Shown here piece by piece: positions 1 through 11,100 of a DNA stretch of 64,000 nt. The translations under genes were made by a program, and so were the position numbers. The notes beneath the pieces are model-generated. The model was not told the DNA's origin, did no database searches, and worked only from the letters and a program-made list of their open reading frames with translations. The first letter of the stretch is position 1, and the number at the start of each line of letters is the position of its first letter. The DNA comes from Lachnospiraceae bacterium (GTDB lineage: Bacteria > Bacillota > Clostridia > Lachnospirales > Lachnospiraceae): positions 17,515 through 81,514 of the forward strand of contig JAZQOC010000037.1 in NCBI GenBank assembly GCA_045627645.1. The letters run 5' to 3'.

Positions 1-1254
1 GATATTTTTGATATCACCCGTTATTAAATCAACTGCATTTTGTACGCCAGCATTGAAATATGCCTGGAATTCTGCGCCATCAGCGTTGATTGCCACAAGA
101 ATCTTCTGACCATCAAGGCATCTTTCCATTACGCACTGTTTATTAGTCAAAAATGCACTTCTAAAAGATCCGTATGCAAGAATCTTTTCTTCCTGTCTAA
201 TCGTAATCAGCTTGCTGACCCAATCAGTCAAGTCGTTTTTTGTGTAATTTTCGAAACAAGGTCTGAGTGCTGGATCACCCTGTGACTTTTCGCCCTTTGC
301 TCCCCACTCACTTCCGTAGTAGATGCATGGTATACCAGGCATTCCCATCAATGCTCCGTATATAAGTGGCAGATGGTTCTCGTTTTGGAGAATGCTGGCG
401 ATTCGTGTAACGTCGTGGTTATCCGCGAAAGATAACAGGCGTTTTCCTCGGTAAATGCCCTGTCCATCCTCACCAAACTGTCTCATAAGACTGTGCATCA
501 GCTCAAACATGTTCATACAGTTAAAGCTTGAGTACAATCCCTTGTAACATTCATAGTTTGTTGCACTATGCAGCATATCGTCTCTGACCAAATCGTTATA
601 GTTACCATGAATCATCTCACCGATCAAATAAAACTCTGGTTTTAATTCATTGGTATAGTTTCTTAATCTGTTAAGGAAACCTCTGTCAAGACAGTAAGCC
701 ACATCAAGTCTTAATCCATCTATATCGAATTCATCTACCCAGAACTTAATCGCATCAAAAAGATAATCAACCACTTCACCATTCCAGAGATTTAACTTAA
801 CAAGATCGAAGTTTCCTTCCCATCCTTCATACCAAAAGCCATCATTATATCCGTTATTTCCGCCAAAATTGATATGAAACCAGTCTTTATAACGTGAATT
901 CTCTCTGTTTTGCAATACATCCTGGAATGCCCAAAATCCTCTTCCTACATGGTTAAATACGCCATCCAACATGATTTTTATTCCAGCTTCATGCAAAGCC
1001 TGACATACTTCCTTAAAATCTTCGTTAGTTCCAAGTCTTACATCTATTTTCTTTAAATCTCTCGCATTATAGCCATGTGTATCTGACTCAAATAATGGAG
1101 AAAAATAGATTGCATTGATATTCATATACTTGAAATGATCAATCCAGTCCTTTACCTTTAAAATCTTATGTGTTAATACACCGTCATTTTCAAATGGAGC
1201 TCCACAAAACCCCAAAGGATAAATCTGATAAAACACACTTTCTTCTGCCCACAT
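1..1254 (-). CDS. GH13 alpha-amylase family glycosidase (cyclomaltodextrinase/maltodextrin glucosidase-like); 3' end runs off the window
   Basis: Manual translation from ATG at 1254 gives MWAEESVFYQIYPLGFCGAP..., with GH13 motifs DGVFNH, GLRLDVAY, GEMIHG and FADNHDV. No stop before base 1, which is why the ORF track missed it. Confidence 0.9.
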   Translation of the reverse strand, partial: MWAEESVFYQIYPLGFCGAPFENDGVLTHKILKVKDWIDHFKYMNINAIYFSPLFESDTHGYNARDLKKIDVRLGTNEDFKEVCQALHEAGIKIMLDGVFNHVGRGFWAFQDVLQNRENSRYKDWFHINFGGNNGYNDGFWYEGWEGNFDLVKLNLWNGEVVDYLFDAIKFWVDEFDIDGLRLDVAYCLDRGFLNRLRNYTNELKPEFYLIGEMIHGNYNDLVRDDMLHSATNYECYKGLYSSFNCMNMFELMHSLMRQFGEDGQGIYRGKRLLSFADNHDVTRIASILQNENHLPLIYGALMGMPGIPCIYYGSEWGAKGEKSQGDPALRPCFENYTKNDLTDWVSKLITIRQEEKILAYGSFRSAFLTNKQCVMERCLDGQKILVAINADGAEFQAYFNAGVQNAVDLITGDIKNI

Positions 1255-1307
1255 ATATATTACCAACTTTCTATATATTGTGATTACGCTCTTGCAATCA
1301 CCAATAT

Positions 1308-1336
1308 ATTGTACTATTTTTTTAAAAAAAACTCAA
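1308..1336 (-). promoter_or_regulatory. sigma70/sigA-type promoter of the GH13 gene
   Basis: Minus strand TTGAGT (1336-1331), 17 bp spacer, TACAAT (1313-1308). Confidence 0.55.
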
Positions 1337-1370
1337 CATTTGAACTACAAATAGGCCCTGTTTTGAGCAC

Positions 1371-1407
1371 AAAAATAGGGTGTACCCTGACCCGAGTACA
1401 CCCTATT
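1371..1407 (-). terminator. Rho-independent terminator after the HPr-like gene
   Basis: Stem AATAGGGTGTAC/GTACACCCTATT followed by a T-run on the minus strand. Confidence 0.8.
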
Positions 1408-1416
1408 CTTTGATTC

Positions 1417-1644
1417 TTAGCAAGCTGCCGAAAATCTCTTTATGTATTTTTCAAATTCGCTATCATAACCATGTACTGTGACTGTAACCATCCTGTTAAG
1501 ATCCAGTCCAAGTACTCCCAAAATTGATTTTGCATCTACTACACAGTGATTGTTAGTTGCTACATCGATGTAACACTCACTATGTGTTGCCGCCTCAACG
1601 AAATCCCTAACCTCTGAAGGTCTCAAAAATATTCTATATTCCAT
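1417..1644 (-). CDS. HPr-family protein lacking the His15 motif
   Basis: 75 aa from ATG 1644 with RBS GGGAGG. VDAKSILGVLGL matches the HPr Ser46 signature; no GLHARP-type His15 motif. Confidence 0.8.
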   Translation of the reverse strand: MEYRIFLRPSEVRDFVEAATHSECYIDVATNNHCVVDAKSILGVLGLDLNRMVTVTVHGYDSEFEKYIKRFSAAC

Positions 1645-1688
1645 TCGAATCCTCCCTGAAGACTTATACAGACCCAAACACACCGTCT

Positions 1689-1723
1689 TCAAATGTGTTT
1701 TTATGCATTATACACACATTTGA
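1689..1723. promoter_or_regulatory. Perfect 10-bp inverted repeat flanking a TATAAT -10 box upstream of the HPr-like gene; operator candidate
   Basis: TCAAATGTGT-N15-ACACATTTGA; minus-strand TATAAT at 1712-1707 lies inside the spacer. Confidence 0.5.
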
Positions 1724-1749
1724 CCCTTGTGTAACTAGTTAATATTCAC

Positions 1750-1780
1750 AAAAAAAGCACCTGCAAAAGCAGATGCCTTT
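1750..1780 (-). terminator. Rho-independent terminator after asnA
   Basis: Minus strand GCATCTGC-TTTT-GCAGGTGC followed by T7. Confidence 0.75.
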
Positions 1781-1799
1781 TGGTATTTTAAATCAAATT

Positions 1800-2804
1800 T
1801 TACAATAATGCGACATTTGCGGCTTTTGCCTGCTCAACCACATCATCTGGCCATATAGAGCACTGTACCTCCCCAATATGTGCCTTTCTTAAGAAAAACA
1901 TACATATACGGCTCTGTCCAATTCCGCCACCGATTGTATAAGGAAGTTCCTTATTAATGATAGCTTTCTGGAATGGTAATTCAGCTCTTTCTTCGCAACC
2001 AGCCTTCTTTAACTGGCTTACCATAGAGTCTTCATCAACTCTTATACCCATACTAGATAATTCAAGTGAAATATCAAGAACTGGATAATATACAATAATA
2101 TCCGCATTAAGTTCCCAATCATCATAGTCAGGTGCTCTTCCATCGTGCTTCTCGCCGTTGCTGAGCAAATCGCCAATCTTCATAAGACATACAGCACCTT
2201 TTTCCTTAGCAATAAGATATTCTCGTTCTTTTGCTGTCTTATCAGGATACATATCAAGAAGTTCCTGTGTTGTTATAAAGAATATATCATTAGGAAGAAT
2301 CTCTTCTATGTAATCATATCTGATAGCCATGTACTTTTCTGTCTTTCTAAGTACATCATATACATTACGAACTACACTCTTAAGTGTATCTACAGTTCTG
2401 TCTTCCTTGCTGATTATCTTCTCCCAGTCCCACTGGTCAACATAGATTGAATGAATATTGTCTGTTTCTTCATCTCTTCTTATAGCAGACATATCCGTGT
2501 ATAAACCTTTGTTTACCTGGAAACCATATTTTTTAAGTGCATATCTTTTCCATTTAGCAAGACTATGTACTACTTCTGCATCCTTAGCATTCTCTTTTAT
2601 ATCAAAGCTTACTGGTCTCTCAACACCATTCAGATTATCATTAAGACCAGAAGATGGCTCCACGAAAAGAGGAGCTGATACTCTTAATAAATCTAATTTT
2701 TCTGCAAGTAAATTCTGGAAGAAATCCTTTACTGTCTTAATGCCAACCTGTGTGTCGTACAGATTCAGCTGTGGCTTGTAGCCATCTGGTAAAATTGTAC
2801 TCAT
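1800..2804 (-). CDS. asnA: Aspartate-ammonia ligase
   Basis: Motifs GLNDNLNGVERPV, VHSLAKWKR, HSIYVDQWDWEK, RAPDYDDW and TIGGGIGQSR. Confidence 0.97.
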   Translation of the reverse strand: MSTILPDGYKPQLNLYDTQVGIKTVKDFFQNLLAEKLDLLRVSAPLFVEPSSGLNDNLNGVERPVSFDIKENAKDAEVVHSLAKWKRYALKKYGFQVNKGLYTDMSAIRRDEETDNIHSIYVDQWDWEKIISKEDRTVDTLKSVVRNVYDVLRKTEKYMAIRYDYIEEILPNDIFFITTQELLDMYPDKTAKEREYLIAKEKGAVCLMKIGDLLSNGEKHDGRAPDYDDWELNADIIVYYPVLDISLELSSMGIRVDEDSMVSQLKKAGCEERAELPFQKAIINKELPYTIGGGIGQSRICMFFLRKAHIGEVQCSIWPDDVVEQAKAANVALL

Positions 2805-2923
2805 GACTCATACCTTTCTTAAATTTAAATTTAACTTTGCCAATGATACTTGAGCATCCCAAACAGGAAGTAAACAAATATACTGGTACTTAAAACATTC
2901 TGTTTTAAACACTACCACTCAGA

Positions 2924-3769
2924 CTACTGTGTGTCAACATTTTTGATGCTTGCAATATATATGATTAACACTGTCATTACAGTGAATTCTGCTATCATTC
3001 CTGGTAGTGATTTGACCATAGTTTTCGCTACAGAATTACTAAGTAAAACATATATCGATATGTTAGCCATACAATGGAATATAACAGGATATATAAATGC
3101 GCCAAAACGCTCATATATGTAACATATTAACAATCCCATAAGAAATCCATATACTAATTGAACCGTATTACCATGACTGAAGCCAAAAAGGAAAGCACTA
3201 CAGAACATTGCCGATACAGGTCTAAAGATATTTCTAGCTCTGTTATATATAACTCCTCTATAAACTATTTCTTCAGTTACTGGAGTTACTATTCCATATA
3301 CTATTATTCCTAACCATATAGGAAGAGAAAACTGATTTGCCGACGTTTGTGAAAACGATTGCGAACTTCCAGAAAAACCAGTGTTAATCGCAACCGTATT
3401 AAAGAAAAGCGCCGAAGACACCGAAAGTAATCCGGTAGAAAAAATATATCTGTAATCAATTTTACCAGGAACTATAACAGGATATTCAAAAGCAAGAACA
3501 AACATCAGTGGCAATGCAGCCAATAATACGGAAAAAATTCTTATGATAGCCGCACAAAGTAGAGAATGTTCTGTAAAAAAAGCCGACATTTCTGTACCAT
3601 ACTGTCCTGTTCCTATTATATATGCAAATATTATAGTAACTGCCTGGTTTAAAAAAATATAAACAAATGCAGGTGAAAGAAGGCTAAAAATCTTTAATAT
3701 TACCCCCTCTGATACATATGCATCCTTATATGTCCTTTTAGATAGTGCTGCTAGCCACCTGGTATTCAT
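2924..3769 (-). CDS. CPBP (Abi/CAAX) family intramembrane metalloprotease
   Basis: Multi-TM protein with EEIVYRG, FGFSH and FHCMAN motifs. Start moved to ATG 3769, which follows an AGAGG RBS. Confidence 0.85.
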   Translation of the reverse strand: MNTRWLAALSKRTYKDAYVSEGVILKIFSLLSPAFVYIFLNQAVTIIFAYIIGTGQYGTEMSAFFTEHSLLCAAIIRIFSVLLAALPLMFVLAFEYPVIVPGKIDYRYIFSTGLLSVSSALFFNTVAINTGFSGSSQSFSQTSANQFSLPIWLGIIVYGIVTPVTEEIVYRGVIYNRARNIFRPVSAMFCSAFLFGFSHGNTVQLVYGFLMGLLICYIYERFGAFIYPVIFHCMANISIYVLLSNSVAKTMVKSLPGMIAEFTVMTVLIIYIASIKNVDTQ

Positions 3770-3858
3770 ATATAAATCCTCTTGACTTTTACTAACCGTC
3801 AAACTATACTCACCACAAACTATACTATACGTTTGATGCAGTTGCATAGGTAAAAATT

Positions 3859-4479
3859 ATGAAAAGTTGCCTTATCATTTCAGGTGGAGATTACTGTCCA
3901 CTTTTACCAGAAATTGAATACGAATATGTTATCGCCTGTGATAAAGGCCTTGAATACGCTAAACTTCTTGGCATAAAGCCTGATTATATCCTTGGAGATT
4001 TCGACTCCTATTCCGGTGAAATTCCAAACACCTATGAAAGCATCGAAACATTCCCTAAGGAAAAAGACGATAGCGACACTATGCTCGGAATAAAGCACGC
4101 TCTTTCGCTCGGATACAAACATATAATTATAATCTGCGCCCTTGGGGGACGCATGGATCATACAATTGCCAATATACAAAGTATGAATTATGTTGCTTCT
4201 AAAGGCGGAATTTGTGAGATTATTAATTCAGATGAGCATCTTCTTACATTCACAAACGGCACTATTTCTCTTCCAATCAAAGAAGGTTATTCGCTTTCTC
4301 TCTTCTCCATGACTGATATCTGCCAGAACGTCTCCATATCCGGAGCTGGTTACGATGCTCAAAATATTACATTGTCCAACACTTTCCCTCTCGGGCTAAG
4401 CAATTACTGGAAATCCAACAAAGTTACTCTCTCTATGAAAGATGGAATACTTTTAATAGTAATGTCAAAACACTCGTAG
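3859..4479 (+). CDS. thiN: Thiamine diphosphokinase
   Basis: Motifs IACDKG, GDFDS, EKDDSDT, ALGGRMDH and GLSN. Confidence 0.92.
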   Translation: MKSCLIISGGDYCPLLPEIEYEYVIACDKGLEYAKLLGIKPDYILGDFDSYSGEIPNTYESIETFPKEKDDSDTMLGIKHALSLGYKHIIIICALGGRMDHTIANIQSMNYVASKGGICEIINSDEHLLTFTNGTISLPIKEGYSLSLFSMTDICQNVSISGAGYDAQNITLSNTFPLGLSNYWKSNKVTLSMKDGILLIVMSKHS

Positions 4480-4487
4480 ACAGGCAT

Positions 4488-7400
4488 TTAAGATTCTATC
4501 ACCGCATCAAGAGCAAAGGAGTAAATAAGTTTTTCTTCCACCTTGAGACCCAGAATCCTTTCAATTGCTTCCTTATAGTAATCCAACTGTAACTGATATT
4601 TCTTCACGAGTTCTTCTCCCTTGGACACTTTGTCAGTCTTATAGTCCATTAAAACCACTTTACCATTCTCAATAAAGAAAGCATCTATAATACCCTGTAT
4701 TAATACAGTTTCATTCGATGAACATGTGTTATTTAACAATCTGGCATCCAAACCAAGAACAAACGGCTCCTCCAGATATAACTTTTTCTTAGCAGAAGCA
4801 ATGAGCATTCTTTCACCCAGATCACTTTTTAGGAATCGTACGATCTTACCCGTATCAACTAATCCAGCTTCATCCTCGTCGATTTTGCCCTTTTCTATCA
4901 TTTGCTTAATCACAGCAGCGACATTAGGTTCATTTTTTTCTCGACCGTGCAAGTCAATATCAGCAAAATCCTCAGTGTTTTCAAGGAAAAACAGTTCCAT
5001 AACCCTGTGATATGCTGTTCCTCTGGTTGTACCACTAATCTTTTCTTCTTTGTTTACAAATTTAGGAATATACGCTTCCTGTTCATGTTCTGTAAAGAAT
5101 TCGGCAGATGTTTCTTCCAACTCATTGTTCAAAAACGCCTTTTCTATCGCAGCTATTTTCAATTCAGAAACAGATGTTTTTGTATATAATTGTGCCAAAT
5201 CTTCGTGCAAATATTTAAACATGATTTTATTTTTAACCATATTAACATTTTCTGACTCATCTCCAACGCCCAGCCTTAGTATAGTCGATTTCAAGTCTGC
5301 TTTTCTTTGTTCTTTTGATACCGACGTCTCTACCTGCAGACTATCCAACTCATCCAAATCAAACATCGAACCAGCAAAGCAGTTATTCTTTTCAATATCT
5401 ACTGCAGCAAGCATAAGCTCAAGAAAGCTTAAGCTCTTGCTCCTTGCATATCTTGTCAGAAGTTTTTCACCGCCAGATATTTCTCTGTTTCGGCTACATT
5501 TACTTATCATATCTTCAAGTTTAGCCTGACATGCTGTCATAAAGAGCTTTTCCTTTGCTCTTGTCATCGCAACATACAGCACCCTGATTTCTTCTGCTAT
5601 AGAATCTTCTTTAAGCTTTCTGCTAATAAATTTTCTTCTTATATCTGAATACTTAACATTTTTCCCTGTATCAACATAATCAAAAGCAATTCCCAGGCTT
5701 CTATCGGTTATTATTTCGTTCTTACTATCCGAGATATTGAAACTTTTGCCCATTCCACATACAAAGCAAATAGGAAATTCAAGTCCCTTAGATTTGTGAA
5801 TACTCATGATTCTTACTACGTTGGACTGTTCATCCAGTGTAGAAGCCTCACCATAATCTATCTCAAAGCTCTGTATCTCATTGATGTATCTTACAAAATG
5901 GTACAACCCCTTAAATGAGCCATTTTCATACTGCTTAGCCTTTTCAATAAGCATAAAAACATTGGCTCTTCTTTGCTCACCAAAAGGCATAGAGCTTATC
6001 TGGTACATATAGCCCGTTTCGCTTATAATCTCTTCTAACAGTTCATTAATGGGCGTATATACCATTTTTTGTCTGTATCGATCAAGGAACTTATAAAAAT
6101 TCTCGCATTTTCTAATTATTTCAGTCGAAAGCTTATCCTGATGTTCAAACGCTCCCTCCGCAATGGCTTTAATTGCCTCACAAAGCTCGTCTTTGCTATA
6201 GGCCCTGACAGTTGCCAGTTCATCCTCCGAAAGGCCACCAAACGTGCTTAATACGCCATATAATTCTATTTCACATCTAGGATTATCTAACACCTGCAAC
6301 AAATTAAGAATTCGTTTAATCTCTGTAGCCGAAAAATATCCTGTCTTTGATGCTACATATGCCGGAATTCCATGCTGTTCAAGCACTGTCTTAAATACAT
6401 CATCCCAGCCTTTATTACTTCTAAGCAAAATAACGATGTCACTATATTGGCATGGTCGATTGCCTTCAAGAATAAAAGGCTTTTCTCCATTAACAAGTTC
6501 GTTAACTTTAAGGGCAACCATACGGGCTTCATGTTCCTGCTTACGACTTTCAGTCTCATCATCGTAATTCAAAAGAAGAAGTTCCGTATTGTAATTCTCT
6601 CCCGTCTCGTTATATTCAGCTCCTAAGTTAAGTCGCACTTCGTCAGTATAATCGATTCCACCGAGATCAGCTCCCATTATTTTTTCAAAGACTTTGTTTA
6701 CACTTTTAAGCACCTGGTTACGGCTTCTGTAATTGGTCGATAGATCTATTTTTACATTGTTATCTGTAGCCTTGTCATACTGATCATATTTGCCCATAAA
6801 AAGCTCTGGGCATGCATTTCTAAAGCTATATATGCTCTGCTTGACATCACCAACCATAAAACGGTTATATATGCCATCAGCTTCACCCGAAATTGCTGTA
6901 ATAATATATTCCTGAACATGGTTCGAGTCCTGATACTCATCAACCATTATTTCTTCAAATACCGCCCTGTAATCCTTTGCAATCTGAGTAGGAACATACT
7001 CAGATTCTTCTTTTTTCAGAAGAATTCTAAGCGCGTAATGCTCCATATCTGAAAAGTCTATAATTTTTCTCTTTCGTTTTTCCATCTCAAGTCTGGAATT
7101 TAGCATCAGCAGTACATCTGCCAACGCATCTAAAACCCTGCCATTTTCTAAAATAGCTGTTCTAATAAGAGCACTGTCATTCTCATAAAAATCTTCTGCC
7201 AGCTTGTTTACTATCTCTTTAACTTCGTTTCGTACACTCTGAGAATATTTCTTGCTTTCTTCACTGACAGATTCATCTTTCTTGCCTGATAGACGGGCCC
7301 ATGACAGACCTTTTAGTCTTGCATGGTATTCCTCGTAGGTATTGCACGAAATAAGGCCTTCAATGAGTTCTAAATCACTTTCAAGAGTATCCTCATACAT

Positions 7401-8153
7401 ATATGGACCACTCTCGCAGTATTCCTGATTGAACAGAGTCAGTTCTTTAGCCTGCTTAAGCTGTTCCCTTGTATATACAAGTAATTCCTTCCCCCAGGCT
7501 GTATCAAGAATATCTTCTTCTGGTGCGATGGCATAATTGCCCCTTAATCCCTCAATATAATCATCAATAAATGGCTGATTCCTACACTCCCCATAAACAT
7601 CAAGTATTATCTCTTTAAGCTTATCAAGACTATTCTTACGCGAAAAACGGTCAGCAAGAATCTTGATTTTTTTCTCAAAATCGCCTTCAAACAATTCTTC
7701 TATAAGCTCATCTACTATTTCATCTTCAATCATCTGAATCTCGCCGTTTTCAGCCACTCTAAACGTTGGATCAAATTCTATCTCAGTAAAATTATTACGA
7801 ATCAAAGACAAACAGAAGCCATGTATTGTGGATATTTGGGCATTATGAACCAGAACTGCCTGCTCAGCAATTCTCTTATCTTCCGGAAATTCCTGCATTT
7901 TTTCATTAATCGCGCGCTCAATTCTCTCGCGCATCTCGCCAGCTGCCGCTTCTGTGTATGTCAAAACCAGAATCTTATCAATATCTACGAGTTTTTCGTC
8001 AGCCTCTGCTTCTCCGTTCCCCAGTACACGCTCAATAATTCTTTGCACCAGTACCGCAGTTTTTCCACTTCCTGCGGCAGCCGATACAAGTATATTTTTG
8101 CCTCTGGTGTCTATAACTTCTCTTTGTTTTGGTGAAAATTCAATGTTAGCCAT
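4488..8153 (-). CDS. addA: Helicase-exonuclease AddAB subunit AddA
   Basis: SAAAGSGKT Walker A, VDEYQD, VGDVKQSIY, IHKSKGLEF, YVAMTRA, and a C-terminal PD-(D/E)xK nuclease (QGIID...DYKT). Confidence 0.96.
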   Translation of the reverse strand: MANIEFSPKQREVIDTRGKNILVSAAAGSGKTAVLVQRIIERVLGNGEAEADEKLVDIDKILVLTYTEAAAGEMRERIERAINEKMQEFPEDKRIAEQAVLVHNAQISTIHGFCLSLIRNNFTEIEFDPTFRVAENGEIQMIEDEIVDELIEELFEGDFEKKIKILADRFSRKNSLDKLKEIILDVYGECRNQPFIDDYIEGLRGNYAIAPEEDILDTAWGKELLVYTREQLKQAKELTLFNQEYCESGPYMYEDTLESDLELIEGLISCNTYEEYHARLKGLSWARLSGKKDESVSEESKKYSQSVRNEVKEIVNKLAEDFYENDSALIRTAILENGRVLDALADVLLMLNSRLEMEKRKRKIIDFSDMEHYALRILLKKEESEYVPTQIAKDYRAVFEEIMVDEYQDSNHVQEYIITAISGEADGIYNRFMVGDVKQSIYSFRNACPELFMGKYDQYDKATDNNVKIDLSTNYRSRNQVLKSVNKVFEKIMGADLGGIDYTDEVRLNLGAEYNETGENYNTELLLLNYDDETESRKQEHEARMVALKVNELVNGEKPFILEGNRPCQYSDIVILLRSNKGWDDVFKTVLEQHGIPAYVASKTGYFSATEIKRILNLLQVLDNPRCEIELYGVLSTFGGLSEDELATVRAYSKDELCEAIKAIAEGAFEHQDKLSTEIIRKCENFYKFLDRYRQKMVYTPINELLEEIISETGYMYQISSMPFGEQRRANVFMLIEKAKQYENGSFKGLYHFVRYINEIQSFEIDYGEASTLDEQSNVVRIMSIHKSKGLEFPICFVCGMGKSFNISDSKNEIITDRSLGIAFDYVDTGKNVKYSDIRRKFISRKLKEDSIAEEIRVLYVAMTRAKEKLFMTACQAKLEDMISKCSRNREISGGEKLLTRYARSKSLSFLELMLAAVDIEKNNCFAGSMFDLDELDSLQVETSVSKEQRKADLKSTILRLGVGDESENVNMVKNKIMFKYLHEDLAQLYTKTSVSELKIAAIEKAFLNNELEETSAEFFTEHEQEAYIPKFVNKEEKISGTTRGTAYHRVMELFFLENTEDFADIDLHGREKNEPNVAAVIKQMIEKGKIDEDEAGLVDTGKIVRFLKSDLGERMLIASAKKKLYLEEPFVLGLDARLLNNTCSSNETVLIQGIIDAFFIENGKVVLMDYKTDKVSKGEELVKKYQLQLDYYKEAIERILGLKVEEKLIYSFALDAVIES

Positions 8154-11100
8154 TTTCTTCTGCCTCCATTTCCTGTTTCATCATATCCAATAAAACTTCA
8201 TCCGCTTCCTTCTTAAGGGAAACCTTATTAAAGCCATCTATACGCTCATCAAACTCGCAAATGCCTCTATAAGTACAATATGTACATGAATCTCTGTCAT
8301 AGCTTTCCTTTAACGGATTCATGCCAATTTTTCCCTGTATTATATCATCGCCGATATTTCTAATCTTATATCCTGCAAAGTCCTGTAATAATCTGATATT
8401 TTCAAGAGACATAACTGATGAAGTCTTACTATAGCTTCCATCCTTGTTAATACTTACAGGCACAACATCAGACTTACCTGTTGACTCAATTCCCGATATT
8501 CCCTTTATGCTAGTTTCATCGTCGTTAATTAGTCCCTTAGTCTTAAGGCTCTCCCTTATTTTGGAATTTATAGTCTCTTCATCATCTCCAAGATCCGCTT
8601 TAACCATGTCATCCGCCAAATGATAATAAAGTAACGCTCCCGGAACAACAGCCTTATCCTTATTAAGACTTTTTACTTTCCTAACCGCTTCGTTGAGATA
8701 CACTACTAGCTGAAGCTGAGTTCCATGATAGAAATTAAGTAAGCTAAAGTCCTTGTCTCCTGTCTTGTAATCAATAACTTTGACATAGACATTGTCCCCA
8801 GTATCCATGGTATCAATTCTGTCGATTCTGCCGTTGATTTTCATACTTTCCTGGACTTTAGTAGCCAGATTCAATTCATCTATCACCTGATATCTGTCAA
8901 AATCCTCTTCAAGCCTGAATACTTCATACTGGCCAGCCTTCAACTGATAAGTCAGCGTATCCGCAGCCTTGTATAAAACCTTGGACATTCGTCCATATAT
9001 ATACTCGTCAGCTTTACACTCCGAAAATGAGTTCTTTCCAAGATTTCCACAGACAATTCGAAGCTGCTTATCAAGAATCTCCTTAGACTCCTGTTTTGAT
9101 ATATCCATCCAGCTTATCTGTCTCTCTTCAAGAATCTTGCCATACGCCTTAAGAGTTTCATGGAATATGGTTCCCATATCCCTGTTATCTATCTGATATA
9201 ACTGCTTTTCTTTAAGCGACAAACCGTATTTCAAGAAATACGCATAGGCACATTCTGCATACTGTTCCATTCTGCTGATGCTGGCAAGCAGAGTTTCCCC
9301 ATATAATATTCCCGCTATAACTCCATCCAGTTTCTTGTCTTCATATCTATAAAAACTGTTCTCGATGAACATCTCCAAGAGCTGTCTATATCCATCATCA
9401 ACTTCTGACAAAACACTCATGGCATCCATAAGTTCTTTATGTTCCTCACTATTAAGGCCAGTCTCGCCATACTTTCTAATCAAAGCACATATAAAATCCT
9501 TCAAATCATCCATATTAGCTACTTTGTCCAATCCCCTGTTCGCACTGGCGCATGTGCATTCAAGCTTTGGATACATCCTTTTAAGCATAGGAATGATATA
9601 TGCAGGTCTTAAGCTCTTTCCAGCATTGTCCATCTTACTAAAGGAAAGAATAAGCTTCTCTGAAGGCTTAACAAGATTGCTGTACAAATAAAATCGCTGT
9701 ATAAACATCTTTTGATGTGGAGTTGGCGATAATTCAAGATTTTGTCCATTTCCAGCTAAAAACTCCCTTTCCATATCAGAAAGGATACTGGTCTTTCCGC
9801 CCTTCTTAGGAATATTACCATCCATAAGACCCATAAAAAACAGATATTTTACAGGCTTAAGACGACTTCTCTCTATATCGCCTACTATAACCTTGTCAAC
9901 GCTCTGAGGGATTGTTCCCAGAGTAATCTCATCAAAACCCGCTTCTAAAATATCACTAAATTCTTCCAGCGCAATCTCTTCATTACCTAAAAGACTATGA
10001 ATCTGCTCCAGTAGTTCCATAGTAGCCCTGTATACCTGGCTATACTCTTTCTCTCTTATATAATTGCCCTCTTCCTTAAACTTCTCCTCATAAGCCTTTA
10101 ACGAAGAATAAGCATCCGCCTTTAGATAGCACTCATACAAAGCTTCCACATAAGTGGTTACAGGCTTTAGCCCTGTTGCCGTAATACCTTTGTCCAAAGC
10201 AGGGGCAATGATTCCCCCAAGTTTCTCCACTATCTGACTTACTACCTCTAATTCCTTTTCAGCCCTGTCAGACAGCTTTCCCGCCTTTTTCTTCTTCTCT
10301 ATATATTTACTCTTGTATTCATCAAAGTCTGTATATGCTTTTTTGCCTCGTAATCCACTTTTCTGGCAGAAATTATCAAATACATCCACCTGCTCCATGT
10401 CAAAGCCACCAAGGCCTGTTCTTAAGAATCTGCATACACTGTCTGCATCAAAATTCTTAATAAAGATTCTAAGCATACTCTTAGTAAATTCAACTATAGG
10501 ATTCAGCACCACGGCCCTGGTCTTATCCATATAAACAGGAATATCAAACTTGGCAAATTCTCTGCTTATATGATTCTCATAATCTCCCAGATTACCCGTT
10601 ACTACTGCAATATCCCTGTACTGATTGCCACCAGCAACCAACTCTCTGATTTTTTGCGCAACAAGGCCAGCCTCCGACTGAATATCAGCAGCCTCATAAA
10701 GTTCTATATGCTCTGGTGCCTCAGCGAATACCTTATCCTTTGGAATACTTCTAAAGATATTTCGTTCAAGATACAATAAATCTGTTTTATCTTTAAATCT
10801 GTAATTGGTACTGAAAGCATCATTAATCTTCACATCTACACCAACATCTGATGCCAATTTCATCAATCCTGCATAACTCTTTGCGGTAAATGCGAACAAC
10901 TCATGGGCTTCGTCCTTACAACCTGTTTTTTCTCCATCCAAAGTAAGTGTGATGTATACCTCATCACACAACCTAAACAATCTTCCCAATACTCTCATCT
11001 GAACAGGTGTAAATCCAGTAAATCCATCAAATACCACCACACTATTCTTTATCAGATTCGATTCCAACAGTTGTTTTGCAAGCAAATCCATAGATTCTTC

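Noticed and set aside
40-285. 81-aa plus-strand ORF
   Set aside because: Antisense shadow of the GH13 gene; no RBS or motifs.
2805-2923. T-box upstream of asnA (also checked upstream of glnS)
   Set aside because: The intergenic space is too short and there is no T-box antiterminator consensus.
2924-3769. Abi-named CPBP protease as a phage-defence or bacteriocin-immunity gene
   Set aside because: The family is widespread in housekeeping contexts, and there are no bacteriocin or defence neighbours.
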